From Clostridia bacterium (GTDB lineage Bacteria; Bacillota; Clostridia; Christensenellales; Aristaeellaceae), in contig JAFWQA010000004.1 in NCBI GenBank assembly GCA_017509255.1, forward strand, positions 3,049 to 67,048: a DNA stretch of 64,000 nt, in the 5' to 3' direction. Position 1 is the stretch's first letter, and each line of letters starts with the position of its first letter. A model generated the notes under the pieces. It ran no database searches. It was not told the DNA's origin and saw nothing but the letters and a program-made list of their open reading frames with translations. Shown in pieces: positions 10,260-19,041 of the stretch. Both the position numbers and the translations under genes were made by a program.

Positions 10260-12069
10260 CTGTCCGTTCCCTCCGTTGAAATTCAAATACAGTCTCCTGG
10301 AGCGCCGATGCCGGCGGCGTCAGGCGCAGCCGCCACAGGCTGCCCGGAAAGCTTTTCGCCATCCGCGGATCCGTAACGGGTCTTTCCGTGATCTCCACAG
10401 CGCAGCCCTCCGGCTTTTTCAGGCACAGGTTTCCGAAATACAGGACATTCCCGCGCGCCTCAGGCTGCTTCCGGAGCAGGAAGCACCAGGAGACCTCCGT
10501 TTCCCGTTCCAGATGCAGGCAGTCCTCCACCGTCAGCGTTCTTTCCGTCAGCCGGAACGTCCGCCGGAAGAAGCGAAGCCCCGTCTCCGGGCCATAGGCT
10601 CCCCCCGCCTCCAGGCTCATGCCGTCCGGAAGGCAGCGCACCTCCCGCGCGGCATATTCCCTGCCAGCCTTCTGCTCCTCTCCCCCGATCAGCGGCACAT
10701 TGTGCCATGCCGACCGAATATGCCAGAGCGAATACCGTTCAGAGGAGAAGGAAGCCGCGGTATAGACCGCGTTGCCGGCATCCACGATCTCCGGCTCCCC
10801 GTCCGCGTAGAGCATAAAGGAGCCCACGTCGTTGTGATTATGGTTTTCCCCGTTGTGCCCGCCCTTGCAGCAGAGGGTCAGACTGCCCCGGCGCACGGCG
10901 CGAAGCTGCAGATCCGGCAGCCAGACGTCCTGCCCGCTTTCCTCCGCCGCGTTCTCCGGCGCGGGATGGAAAAGCAGCTTCAGCAGGCGGAAAAAGTGCG
11001 GCACGTCATCCAGCTCGGCGGACAGCCGGCCGCGGAAGCGCTTCCCCATCGCGGTCAGCGCCGGATCTCCGGTCCGTTCCCCGGCATACTGCAGTCTCTC
11101 CCCGGACAGGAACGGCCGCGCGTCGCAGTCCGCGAAATTGATGAACCAGCCGTCCCCGATCTCCATTCTCCGGGGGAAGGCCAGGATATTCCTCAGCTTT
11201 TCGTCTTTCCAGACCGGAAGCACGGTCCCGGTCGCCGCTTCCGTCAGCTCCAGGCAGTCCAGCAGAGCGCCCCCGGCCATGTTCCAGTAGCCCGCGCCCT
11301 CGTCGCAGCCCCCGTCCGCCGGTACGGTATCCAGCCAGCGGTCCAGCATCACGGCCGCCCGGCGGAGGATCTCCGTGAGCCGGGAAGCGTCCATCGGGGA
11401 AAGGCAGGCGCAGATCAGCACATTGGAAAGGATCCAGGGCGTCCAGTTGTTCAGATCCTTTCTTTTCACGCCCATCCACCAGAAATCGTCCCGGGTCTGG
11501 AAGGGGGTCAGGATCCTTGCCTCGATCTCCCGCTCCGCCCTTTCCCGGAGCATCGGCGTCACCGCGTCCAGCCGGGTGCCCAGCAGACGGAGCACCAGGG
11601 ACAGGATCATGCCCGTCTGCGCGGAAAAGAGATCGACGTACGGATCCCCCGGATCCGGCAGCGGATACTCCGCCGCGGAAGGCGCCCCGGGGATCGGGTT
11701 TACGTTGTGGGCGGAGATCACCCAGCTGCTCTCCTCGCAGATACACCAGATCCCGTCCGTGACGTCGTCCGGCAGGGGCGTATCCTCCGCGCAGCAGGAA
11801 AGCGCCGCGGCGCAGAGCTTGCGCCGCCGCAAAAAGTACGGATCCTCATCCGCCCGGCGGCTCCCGTTCCTCACGAATGCCAGGAATCCGGAAGCCGTAC
11901 GCATCGGATAAGGCAGGGCGGCGTATTTCTCCGCCAGCGCCGCGATCTGCGCGCGGTGATCGGCGGAGAGGCTTCCCCACGCCTTTCGGTCCTCCGCCGG
12001 CGGGAAAAGCCCTCTTGCCTCCGCTTCCGGCGGCAGGGCGGTCAGCTGATTCAGAAGCTCGGTCATCAT
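10240..12069 (-). CDS. Heparinase II/III-like polysaccharide lyase
   Basis: NNWTPW, DGGCDEGAGYW, NFAD and KGGHNGENHNHNDVGSF motifs; no signal peptide visible. Confidence 0.85.
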   Translation of the reverse strand: MMTELLNQLTALPPEAEARGLFPPAEDRKAWGSLSADHRAQIAALAEKYAALPYPMRTASGFLAFVRNGSRRADEDPYFLRRRKLCAAALSCCAEDTPLPDDVTDGIWCICEESSWVISAHNVNPIPGAPSAAEYPLPDPGDPYVDLFSAQTGMILSLVLRLLGTRLDAVTPMLRERAEREIEARILTPFQTRDDFWWMGVKRKDLNNWTPWILSNVLICACLSPMDASRLTEILRRAAVMLDRWLDTVPADGGCDEGAGYWNMAGGALLDCLELTEAATGTVLPVWKDEKLRNILAFPRRMEIGDGWFINFADCDARPFLSGERLQYAGERTGDPALTAMGKRFRGRLSAELDDVPHFFRLLKLLFHPAPENAAEESGQDVWLPDLQLRAVRRGSLTLCCKGGHNGENHNHNDVGSFMLYADGEPEIVDAGNAVYTAASFSSERYSLWHIRSAWHNVPLIGGEEQKAGREYAAREVRCLPDGMSLEAGGAYGPETGLRFFRRTFRLTERTLTVEDCLHLERETEVSWCFLLRKQPEARGNVLYFGNLCLKKPEGCAVEITERPVTDPRMAKSFPGSLWRLRLTPPASALQETVFEFQRRERTDESDSE

Positions 12070-12084
12070 TCCGGATCCCTTTCC

Positions 12085-12951
12085 TTATCCCTTCAGGCCG
12101 CTGGTGGCGATCCCCTCGATAAAGTATCTCTGCAGGCACAGGAACATGACGGACACCGGCACCAGGGAGCACAGGGAAGCTGCCATGATCAGATGGTAAT
12201 CGCTGGAGTTTTCCTGAATGAACCGGCGCAGGCCGACCTGGATGGTCTTGTTCGCGTCCCTGGTCAGGTAGATCATGGGGCCCATATAGTCATTCCAGGT
12301 ATTGACAAAGGTGAAGATCACCAGCGTGGCGATCGCCGCCTTGGAAAGCGGCAGCATGATCCGCGCCCAGATGCCGTATTCGCTCAGCCCGTCCAGCCGG
12401 GCCGCCTCGCACAGCTCGTTCGGGATCCCCCGGTAGAACTGGCGCATCAGGAACACGCCGAAGGCGGAGAACGCCTGCAGGACGATCATAGCCCACAGCG
12501 TATCGTACAGGCCCATGGAACGCATCATGATGAACTGGGGCAGCATGTACGCCTGCCACGGCACGGCGATCGTCGCGATATAGCAGAGGAAAAGCGCGTC
12601 CCTTCCCCGGAAGTGCAGCTTGTCAAAGGCATATGCCGCAAAGGAGGAGGAAAGCGTCTGCAGCAGCGTGACCGCCAGCGCGATCAGCGCCGTGTTCTTG
12701 AAATAGGTCACCAGCGGCACCTTCTGCCAGATCAGGGAATAGTTCTCCCAGCGGACCGTCTCCGGGATCCACTTCATCGGATACGCGAAGACCTCCCGGT
12801 CCAGCTTCAGGGAGGAGGAAATCATCCAGACAAACGGGATCAGCGTAAAGATCCCCAGCGCGATCAGCAGGAGATAAACCACCGTCCGCAGGATCCTGCG
12901 GGCTGTCGGGTTGTCCTTCCGGATCGCTTTCCGATGCAGCGCCTGTTCCAT
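12085..12951 (-). CDS. Carbohydrate ABC transporter permease (MalG-like)
   Basis: EAARLDG loop; about six TM segments. Confidence 0.92.
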   Translation of the reverse strand: MEQALHRKAIRKDNPTARRILRTVVYLLLIALGIFTLIPFVWMISSSLKLDREVFAYPMKWIPETVRWENYSLIWQKVPLVTYFKNTALIALAVTLLQTLSSSFAAYAFDKLHFRGRDALFLCYIATIAVPWQAYMLPQFIMMRSMGLYDTLWAMIVLQAFSAFGVFLMRQFYRGIPNELCEAARLDGLSEYGIWARIMLPLSKAAIATLVIFTFVNTWNDYMGPMIYLTRDANKTIQVGLRRFIQENSSDYHLIMAASLCSLVPVSVMFLCLQRYFIEGIATSGLKG

Positions 12952-12967
12952 CTTCTTCCCTCCTTCC

Positions 12968-13924
12968 TCAGTCATTGGAGAATTTCTTCTCGGAGCTGAA
13001 CTGAATGACCGTCACCGCCAGCACGATGATCAGCAGGATCATGGAGATCGCGCTGGCCTGGCCGTAGCGCACCTTCACAAAGGCTTCGTCAAATATATAC
13101 GTGACCAGCATCTTCGTGGACCGTCCCGGCCCGCCGTCCGTCATAATGGCGACCACGTCATAGATCTTGAAGCAGGAGATGATCATCATGACCGAAACAA
13201 AGAATGTCGTCGGCCGCAGCTGAGGCAGCGTCACGTGCAGGAACTGCTTCCATTTGCTCGCCCCGTCCACGGTGGCGGCCTCCAGCAGCTCCCGCGGAAC
13301 GCCCTGCAGCGCAGCCAGGTAGATGACCATGTAATAGCCCATATTCCGCCACACGCTGACCAGGATGATCGACCAGATCGCCATCCCGCTGTCCGCCGTC
13401 CAGGATTTGTTGAACGGGATCCCGAGCGCCATGATGAACTGGTTGATCGGGCCGTCCTTCATGAGCATGAAGGACCAGCAGACGCAGATGGCGACCATGG
13501 ACGCCACATAAGGGAAGAAATAGACCGCCCGGAAAAAGGTGGCGCCCTTCACCCGGTTCAGGAGCATCGCCAGCGCCAGCGCGCAGACAATGGTCAGCGG
13601 GACCGTGATCACCGTATAGTAAACCGTGTTCTTCAGGGCAATGCCCAGGTCCACCCGGGTAAAGAAATACTCGAGCCCCTTCTCCGCCACCTTTTTCACA
13701 TTGAAAACAGTGGCGTAGTTCTGCATCCCCACAAACTGGATCTTGGAAATGTCCCCGCCGTTCCATTCAAAGAAGGAAAGGGCAACGGCACACAGCACCG
13801 GGACCAGCGTGAAAATGGCAAAGCCCAGAAAATTGGGGGCCAGAAAGGAATAGGCGATCAGCGTATTCTTTCGCTCCAGCTTTCCCATTTTCATCCGAGC
13901 CTGCCTGGATCCGTCCTTTTTCAT
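12968..13924 (-). CDS. Carbohydrate ABC transporter permease (MalF-like)
   Basis: EAATVDGA loop; YGQASAIS C-terminal motif. Confidence 0.92.
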   Translation of the reverse strand: MKKDGSRQARMKMGKLERKNTLIAYSFLAPNFLGFAIFTLVPVLCAVALSFFEWNGGDISKIQFVGMQNYATVFNVKKVAEKGLEYFFTRVDLGIALKNTVYYTVITVPLTIVCALALAMLLNRVKGATFFRAVYFFPYVASMVAICVCWSFMLMKDGPINQFIMALGIPFNKSWTADSGMAIWSIILVSVWRNMGYYMVIYLAALQGVPRELLEAATVDGASKWKQFLHVTLPQLRPTTFFVSVMMIISCFKIYDVVAIMTDGGPGRSTKMLVTYIFDEAFVKVRYGQASAISMILLIIVLAVTVIQFSSEKKFSND

Positions 13925-13963
13925 AAGTGATCCTCCCTTTCCTCCGGAACGGTTTTTCAGAAG

Positions 13964-14004
13964 AAAAGGCAGGGAAGGACAGCTCCCTCCCTGCCTTCGT
14001 TTTT
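13964..14004 (-). terminator. Intercistronic stem-loop after the solute-binding protein gene
   Basis: AAGGCAGGGA...TCCCTGCCTT inverted repeat; a usual position for tuning SBP versus permease levels. Confidence 0.65.
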
Positions 14005-14027
14005 ACACAAAGGTCGCGTTTCGCGTC

Positions 14028-15269
14028 TTATTCGAAGAGTTCGGCCACGCGTTCGTTCATTTCCGCGATTCCTTCTTCGGGAGTGATCTCACGGGCCATG
14101 ATCATGGTGTGCTCTTCGTTCACGATGGTCTTGATGTCAGCTACCTTCTCCGCCACCGGCCATTCCATCCCGACAAAGGAGGGGATCAGAGCGCCCTTGC
14201 TGGTCTCATCAGCCGGGAAGCCTTCCACAGAGGACATGGCAGCGGCAACGTTCTCGGAAACGAACGCGGGACGCGCGCCGACGGAAGCCGTCGCGGCAGC
14301 ACCCTCTTCGCCGCCCAGCCAGGAGATGTAGTCCCAGGCCAGATCCTTGTTCTCGGACTTCTTGTTGATCATCGTGCCGGTCAGGTTGCCGAAGGAAGAA
14401 CCGGCCTTGACGCCTTCCGCGTGAGGAACGGCCGTGATGCCCCAGTTGAAGTTGCAGGTGCCGTCCTTGTTGTATCCGATCAGCGTGGAAACATACCAGT
14501 AGCCCATGGGCAGCATGGCGATGTTCCCGTTGGCAAAGGCCGCGCTGTAGTGCAGGCCCTGGGCTTTCAGCTCGGAGTAGGCCATGCAGGCGCCGGCATC
14601 CTCCAGCTTCTGATACAGCTGGTAGAAGTAGAGCAGGTCGTCGTAGTTTTTGTCAGCCAGCGTGTTCACGCCGTCCGCCACGGTCCAGTTGGCGACCGCG
14701 GACAGCCAGGTGTGATAATGCGTGCCGTAAACGCCGTCGCCGGTCATTTTGATCGCCAGGTCGGCATATTCGTCCCAGGTCATGTCGTTGGTGGGATACG
14801 CCACGTTCGCCGCGTCAAACAGGTCCTTGTTGTAGAACAGCACCCAGAAGTCAGAGCGGAAGGGAACGGCATACAGCTCGTCGCCCACGCAGTAGTTCTT
14901 TTCGGTGCCGACAAAGCCGGACAGATCGTAATTCGTCTTGGCGACGTAATCGTTCAGCGGCTCCGCGAAATCCTGAGCCTGCCACTTGATGATGTCGTCG
15001 ATCTCCTTGATCATGTACACATCGCTCTTGTCGCTGCCCTCGAGCATCGTGGTCGCCTTCAGGGCGTAATCCTGGGAAGCCAGGTCGATGTACTCGATCG
15101 TCACGCCGGGATGGGAAGCTTCATACGCTTCCTTCTGCGCGATCAGGTAGGGCGTCGTTGTCGCGTCCCAGGTGACCACCGTCAGGGTCTTCGTTTCGTC
15201 CGCCGCGGACAGCCCGGCCAGGGATACGAGCATCATCGCCGCGAGCATCATAGCCAACAGTTTCTTCAT
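14028..15269 (-). CDS. Sugar ABC transporter solute-binding protein
   Basis: N-terminal signal peptide MKKLLAMMLAAMMLVSLAG; LFYNKDLFDAA..P...TWDE motif. Confidence 0.92.
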   Translation of the reverse strand: MKKLLAMMLAAMMLVSLAGLSAADETKTLTVVTWDATTTPYLIAQKEAYEASHPGVTIEYIDLASQDYALKATTMLEGSDKSDVYMIKEIDDIIKWQAQDFAEPLNDYVAKTNYDLSGFVGTEKNYCVGDELYAVPFRSDFWVLFYNKDLFDAANVAYPTNDMTWDEYADLAIKMTGDGVYGTHYHTWLSAVANWTVADGVNTLADKNYDDLLYFYQLYQKLEDAGACMAYSELKAQGLHYSAAFANGNIAMLPMGYWYVSTLIGYNKDGTCNFNWGITAVPHAEGVKAGSSFGNLTGTMINKKSENKDLAWDYISWLGGEEGAAATASVGARPAFVSENVAAAMSSVEGFPADETSKGALIPSFVGMEWPVAEKVADIKTIVNEEHTMIMAREITPEEGIAEMNERVAELFE

Positions 15270-15332
15270 TTGATGGTTCCTCCTTACATTCTTTTATCAC
15301 TGCGGGCTGTTTCACCCGCCGGATTCCGTGAT

Positions 15333-15508
15333 TGAAAACGATTCACTATCATTTACATTTCTTTTTCATTCCATGTGTAATTATATGCCCTTCTCAACCA
15401 TTGTCAATAGTTTATTGTAAATATTGCTATATTTTTTCGCTTTTTTATGTAAATTATTTGTAAATAGCTGTAAATCGTATTGACATTTACAATTCGCCGT
15501 GATATCCT
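15333..15508. promoter_or_regulatory. Divergent promoter/operator region between the glycan operon and lacI
   Basis: Minus-strand TTGACA-N16-TATAAT (15407-15380); plus-strand TTGACA-N17-TATCCT (15480-15508); LacI/cre-like TGAAAACGATTCA (15333-15345); repeated TGTAAAT boxes. Confidence 0.7.
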
Positions 15509-15528
15509 GTAGGCAGACAACAGGGGGG

Positions 15529-16590
15529 ATGACCATGCCGGAAAAACAGATCACCATCATTGACGTCGCGCAGCGCGCCGGCGTCTCCGTCGCCACCGTC
15601 AGCCGCGTGCTGTCCGGCGGCAGCGCCAGCGCCGCGGCACGGGAAAAGGTCACGGAGGCAGTCCGCGAGCTGAATTACCGTCCGCTGATATCCGCGAAAA
15701 AAACCGAACGGCCGGCAGACCGTTCCCTGGCCCTGATCATTTCGGACCTGAGCAACCCATATTACGCGTCCATGTGCGCGGGGGCGGAAGAAGCCGCCCG
15801 GCGGGCGGGCTGGTCGCTGATCGTATACCAGACCGCGCTGACCGGCTGGATGGAGGAAAGCGTCACCGCCCGCGTGACCGAGCTGCCCGCGGCCGGAGCC
15901 GTGCTGGTCGGCAGCGTGGTGGAGAGCGGCTCGGCGGAGGAGATCCGGGAACGGCTGACCGCCATCAGCCGGAAGATGCCCATCGTGACCATCGGCCCCC
16001 GGGTCGAAGGCGTCAACTGCGTCAATATCACCTCCGACCTTTCCCTGAGCGTGCGGAAGTCCATCGCCCACCTGCGCGCGCTGGGACACCGGCGCATCTC
16101 CTTTATCGGAGGCTCCGGCGGCGTCCGCTCCAGCAGCGCGCGGCGGCGCGCCTATTATGAGGAAATGGCCCGCCTCGGCCTGCCGGCGGACAACACACAG
16201 GCAAATGACGCCGGTTTTACCCCGCAGGCGGGCGAATTCTGCGTGAACCGCCTTCTGTCCGCCCTGCCCCGGGAAGAATGGCCCACCGGGATCATTGCCA
16301 TCAACGACCTGGTCGCCCTGGGCGCCCTCCGGCAGCTGCAGCGGATGGGGATCCGCGTTCCGGAGGACATGGCCCTGATCGGCTGTGACAACCAGTTCTT
16401 TACCCCTTTCCTGAATCCGCCGCTGACCACCGTGGACCTGCACCCCTTCGATCACGGAGTGTCCGCCATCGGCGAGCTGATCGGCGCGCTGAACGGGAGC
16501 CGCGGCATCTATTCCCAGATCCGGGAATGCTCCCTGATCGTACGCGAAAGCTGCGGCGCGCTGCTGGGAACGCGCGGCATCGGGAAATAA
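15529..16590 (+). CDS. LacI-family transcriptional regulator
   Basis: ITIIDVAQRAGVSVATVSRVL HTH plus periplasmic-binding-protein-like sensor domain. Start may be 15535. Confidence 0.93.
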   Translation: MTMPEKQITIIDVAQRAGVSVATVSRVLSGGSASAAAREKVTEAVRELNYRPLISAKKTERPADRSLALIISDLSNPYYASMCAGAEEAARRAGWSLIVYQTALTGWMEESVTARVTELPAAGAVLVGSVVESGSAEEIRERLTAISRKMPIVTIGPRVEGVNCVNITSDLSLSVRKSIAHLRALGHRRISFIGGSGGVRSSSARRRAYYEEMARLGLPADNTQANDAGFTPQAGEFCVNRLLSALPREEWPTGIIAINDLVALGALRQLQRMGIRVPEDMALIGCDNQFFTPFLNPPLTTVDLHPFDHGVSAIGELIGALNGSRGIYSQIRECSLIVRESCGALLGTRGIGK

Positions 16591-16615
16591 ACCGAAAAAC
16601 GGTCCGGAATACAGC

Positions 16616-16652
16616 AAAGCATCCGGGGCGGCTGCCCCGGATGCTCTTTTTT
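16616..16652. terminator. Intrinsic terminator between convergent genes
   Basis: AGCATCCGGGGC-GGCT-GCCCCGGATGCT followed by a T tract. Confidence 0.8.
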
Positions 16653-16660
16653 CCGTTCCG

Positions 16661-17779
16661 TCAGCGGACGGTAATATCGCCCGAGATGGTCTCCGCGCGG
16701 ATCCTCATGCCGGCATTGCCGTTCTCCCGGAAATCCCCGCGCTCCACATCGCCGGAAACCGTATGGGTGCTCAGGCTGATCTCCTCGGTCTCTCCGGGGA
16801 GATCCACTGTCACGTCGCCGGAGACGGATTTGGCGAAAATTTCGGCATCGCCGTTTCCGTCCTTCAGATCGCACTCCACGTCGCCGGAGACGGACTGGAT
16901 GCGCACATTCCCGGCCTTGCCGCGGAAGGAGGCGTCCCCGCTGGTGGTATTCACCGTCAGCCGGCTGCCGTCAACCTCCGCCTCAGCGTCGCCGCTCAGG
17001 GTTTTGAGCTTCACTTCGTCCGCGCAGGCTGACACCTCCAGGTCGCCGCTCATGGAGGTCATTTCCAGATTCCGCAGGCGGATCTCCCTGCCTGTTTTGA
17101 CCTCCTGATCGCCGGAATTCCCGCCGATCTTCAGCTCTTCGGTGTCGGCCTTCCAGATCACGTCGCCGGAAACCGTCTGCACCTGCGCTCTGCTCAGGAG
17201 CCCCGCCGGAACGCTCAGCCGGATGGACGGCGTCTTTGTGATATTGACAAAGAAGCTTTTCAGCCCATCGAGGATCCCCGTAAAGCTGCCCGTGAATTCC
17301 GCCGCGTGCTTCCCGGCCTTTTCCTGCTGACGCAGCACCAGCGTATCCCCGGAACGCTCCGCCACGATCACGTCCAGATTCTCTTCATCGTATTCCAGGG
17401 AGATCTCCGGCCCTTCCGTGACCGTCACGTCCGCATTGATGCAGCTGATCTTCAGGGCGCGGATGCCGTCTTTGTCCATGGCTGCCACCGCCGCCGCAGG
17501 ATCCTCGCCGGCCTTCTCTTCCCGTACGGGAGCGCCGGACCCGTTCCGGGCAGTCTCTTCCGCGGGCTTTCTCGGATAGGAGGAAAGCATGCTTTCCATG
17601 CCCTCCAGGCTGTGCACCACCGCGGCGATGGCGTCGTCCTCGCTCAGCCCCTGCGCCGTCAGGTCCTCATACCGCTCCTGGCAGTTGTTCATGACCTCCT
17701 CCCGCAGCAGGCGGATCTCTTCGCTCTCCTCCAGTCCGTCAAAGAGCAGCTCCACAATTCTCGCGACCGTTTTATTCAT
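16661..17779 (-). CDS. DUF4097 beta-strand-repeat protein with N-terminal helical prefix (HAAS/permease-prefix-like) domain
   Basis: Repeated T/S-x-SGD motifs; N-terminal LREEVMNNCQERYEDLTAQGLSEDDA; overlaps the end of padR. Confidence 0.8.
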   Translation of the reverse strand: MNKTVARIVELLFDGLEESEEIRLLREEVMNNCQERYEDLTAQGLSEDDAIAAVVHSLEGMESMLSSYPRKPAEETARNGSGAPVREEKAGEDPAAAVAAMDKDGIRALKISCINADVTVTEGPEISLEYDEENLDVIVAERSGDTLVLRQQEKAGKHAAEFTGSFTGILDGLKSFFVNITKTPSIRLSVPAGLLSRAQVQTVSGDVIWKADTEELKIGGNSGDQEVKTGREIRLRNLEMTSMSGDLEVSACADEVKLKTLSGDAEAEVDGSRLTVNTTSGDASFRGKAGNVRIQSVSGDVECDLKDGNGDAEIFAKSVSGDVTVDLPGETEEISLSTHTVSGDVERGDFRENGNAGMRIRAETISGDITVR

Positions 17780-18110
17780 TGTCCTTCCCCTCCAAAAGCA
17801 GATTGATCAGCGATCTCGTTTCCACCCAGGCTTCTGTATCCCGGGCCAGTTTTTCCTTCCCCGTCTCCGTCAGGCTGTAATATCTCCGCCGGGCGCCGGT
17901 GGCTTCGTCCCCCCAGCGGGATACGATGCAGCCGGACGTTTCCAGCCGGCGGAAGGCCGTATACAGCGTTGCCTCCTTCAGCTCGAAGGCGTTGTGACTC
18001 AGCTCCGTGACTTCCTTGTTGATCTGATAGCCGTAGCTTTCCTTTCCTTCCAGGCGGCGCAGGATAATGGTATCCGTATAGCCCCGGAGAAGGTCGGCCG
18101 ATAAACTCAT
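17772..18110 (-). CDS. PadR-family transcriptional regulator
   Basis: ESYGYQI, LKEATLYTAFRRLE and ARRRYYSLTETG motifs; AAAGGAGG RBS. Confidence 0.93.
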   Translation of the reverse strand: MSLSADLLRGYTDTIILRRLEGKESYGYQINKEVTELSHNAFELKEATLYTAFRRLETSGCIVSRWGDEATGARRRYYSLTETGKEKLARDTEAWVETRSLINLLLEGKDNE

Positions 18111-18140
18111 GCAGCATCCTCCTTTCCGTTCGATGGCTGA

Positions 18141-18179
18141 AGTATAGCATGATATACCTCGCCTGTCAAGGTATCTCAT
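18141..18179 (-). promoter_or_regulatory. padR promoter with overlapping inverted repeat (probable PadR operator)
   Basis: TTGACA-N17-TATACT with extended -10 TG; ATGATATACCT-N9-AGGTATCTCAT dyad (10/11 match) at 18149-18179. Confidence 0.7.
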
Positions 18180-18253
18180 CAAATTCTCATCATTTGTTTT
18201 TCCCTCCCTTTCCGTTTATAATGAAAACGAATTCCCGGGAAAGGAGGCGCCCT

Positions 18254-19030
18254 GTGGACCGAACGCGAATACCGGCGTTTGCCGAAGCGGAAAAAAGGAT
18301 CTATGCCCTGATCTCCCGCCATGACGGGCTCAGGGCGCGGGATATCGGCGAAAGGCTGGAGCTGAGCCGCACCGACGTCAACCGGGAGCTGTACCGTTCC
18401 CCCCTGATGCGTGAGCTGTGCTATCAGGATCAGGGATACCGCTGGCACGCGCTGATCCGGCAGGCGCCCGTGCACGAGGGCCTGTATGAGTTTTCCGGCT
18501 ATTACGGCACGGTCCGGGAGTTCCGGGCCCTGTCCGGGGACGAATGGCTGGAACGCCTGACGGAGGGCTGCCGGAGAAACGGACGCAATCTGAACGATAC
18601 CCGGGGACTCATCCATTCCTTCCGGGACTGCCGGGAAACCATGCTGACCCTTTTTGACGATCTTTCCCGCATGACGGACGGAAGCTTTGAGGACTGGGAA
18701 ACCGCCTTTGAGCTCCGGCTGAACCGTGGGCGCATGATCCGGGTCTATGCCGATGTGCTGGTCATCACGAAGCAGAAGGTCTTCTCCCTGGAATTCAAGA
18801 TGAAAGACCGGGTGCTGGAGGAGGAGGTCCTTCAGGCCGCGAAATACGTCCCCTATCTGGAGATCATTTTCGGAGAAGGGTATGACGTGATCCCGGCCCT
18901 TGTCCTGACCGGCGCCGCGGATTATTACGACCACGTCCCCCTCGGAGGAACGGACGCGGTGCTGCCCGTCTGCTCCGGGGATATGCTTTTCAATGTTTTT
19001 GACGAATATCTGAATTTTCTTCAGGCATAA
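18254..19030 (+). CDS. Uncharacterised protein: Z-alpha-like winged helix plus PD-(D/E)XK nuclease-like domain
   Basis: AAGGAGG RBS, GTG start, upstream TTGTTT-N17-TATAAT. N-terminal ARDIGERLELSRTDVNRELY...YRW; C-terminal FE...ADVLV...LEFK...QAAKY. Confidence 0.7.
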   Translation: MDRTRIPAFAEAEKRIYALISRHDGLRARDIGERLELSRTDVNRELYRSPLMRELCYQDQGYRWHALIRQAPVHEGLYEFSGYYGTVREFRALSGDEWLERLTEGCRRNGRNLNDTRGLIHSFRDCRETMLTLFDDLSRMTDGSFEDWETAFELRLNRGRMIRVYADVLVITKQKVFSLEFKMKDRVLEEEVLQAAKYVPYLEIIFGEGYDVIPALVLTGAADYYDHVPLGGTDAVLPVCSGDMLFNVFDEYLNFLQA

Positions 19031-19041
19031 GGAGGTTTCCC

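Noticed and set aside
10159-12999. 946-aa plus-strand ORF and many other long antisense ORFs (e.g. 4975-6729, 30261-32192, 38323-40308, 48367-50706, 50718-53219)
   Set aside because: They shadow well-supported genes on the opposite strand, show no family motifs, and are expected from GC-rich codon usage that depletes antisense stop codons.
16661-17180. Recurrent GTCGCCGGA-like short repeats
   Set aside because: They encode the SGD repeats of the DUF4097 protein; not a CRISPR array or DNA-level repeat element.
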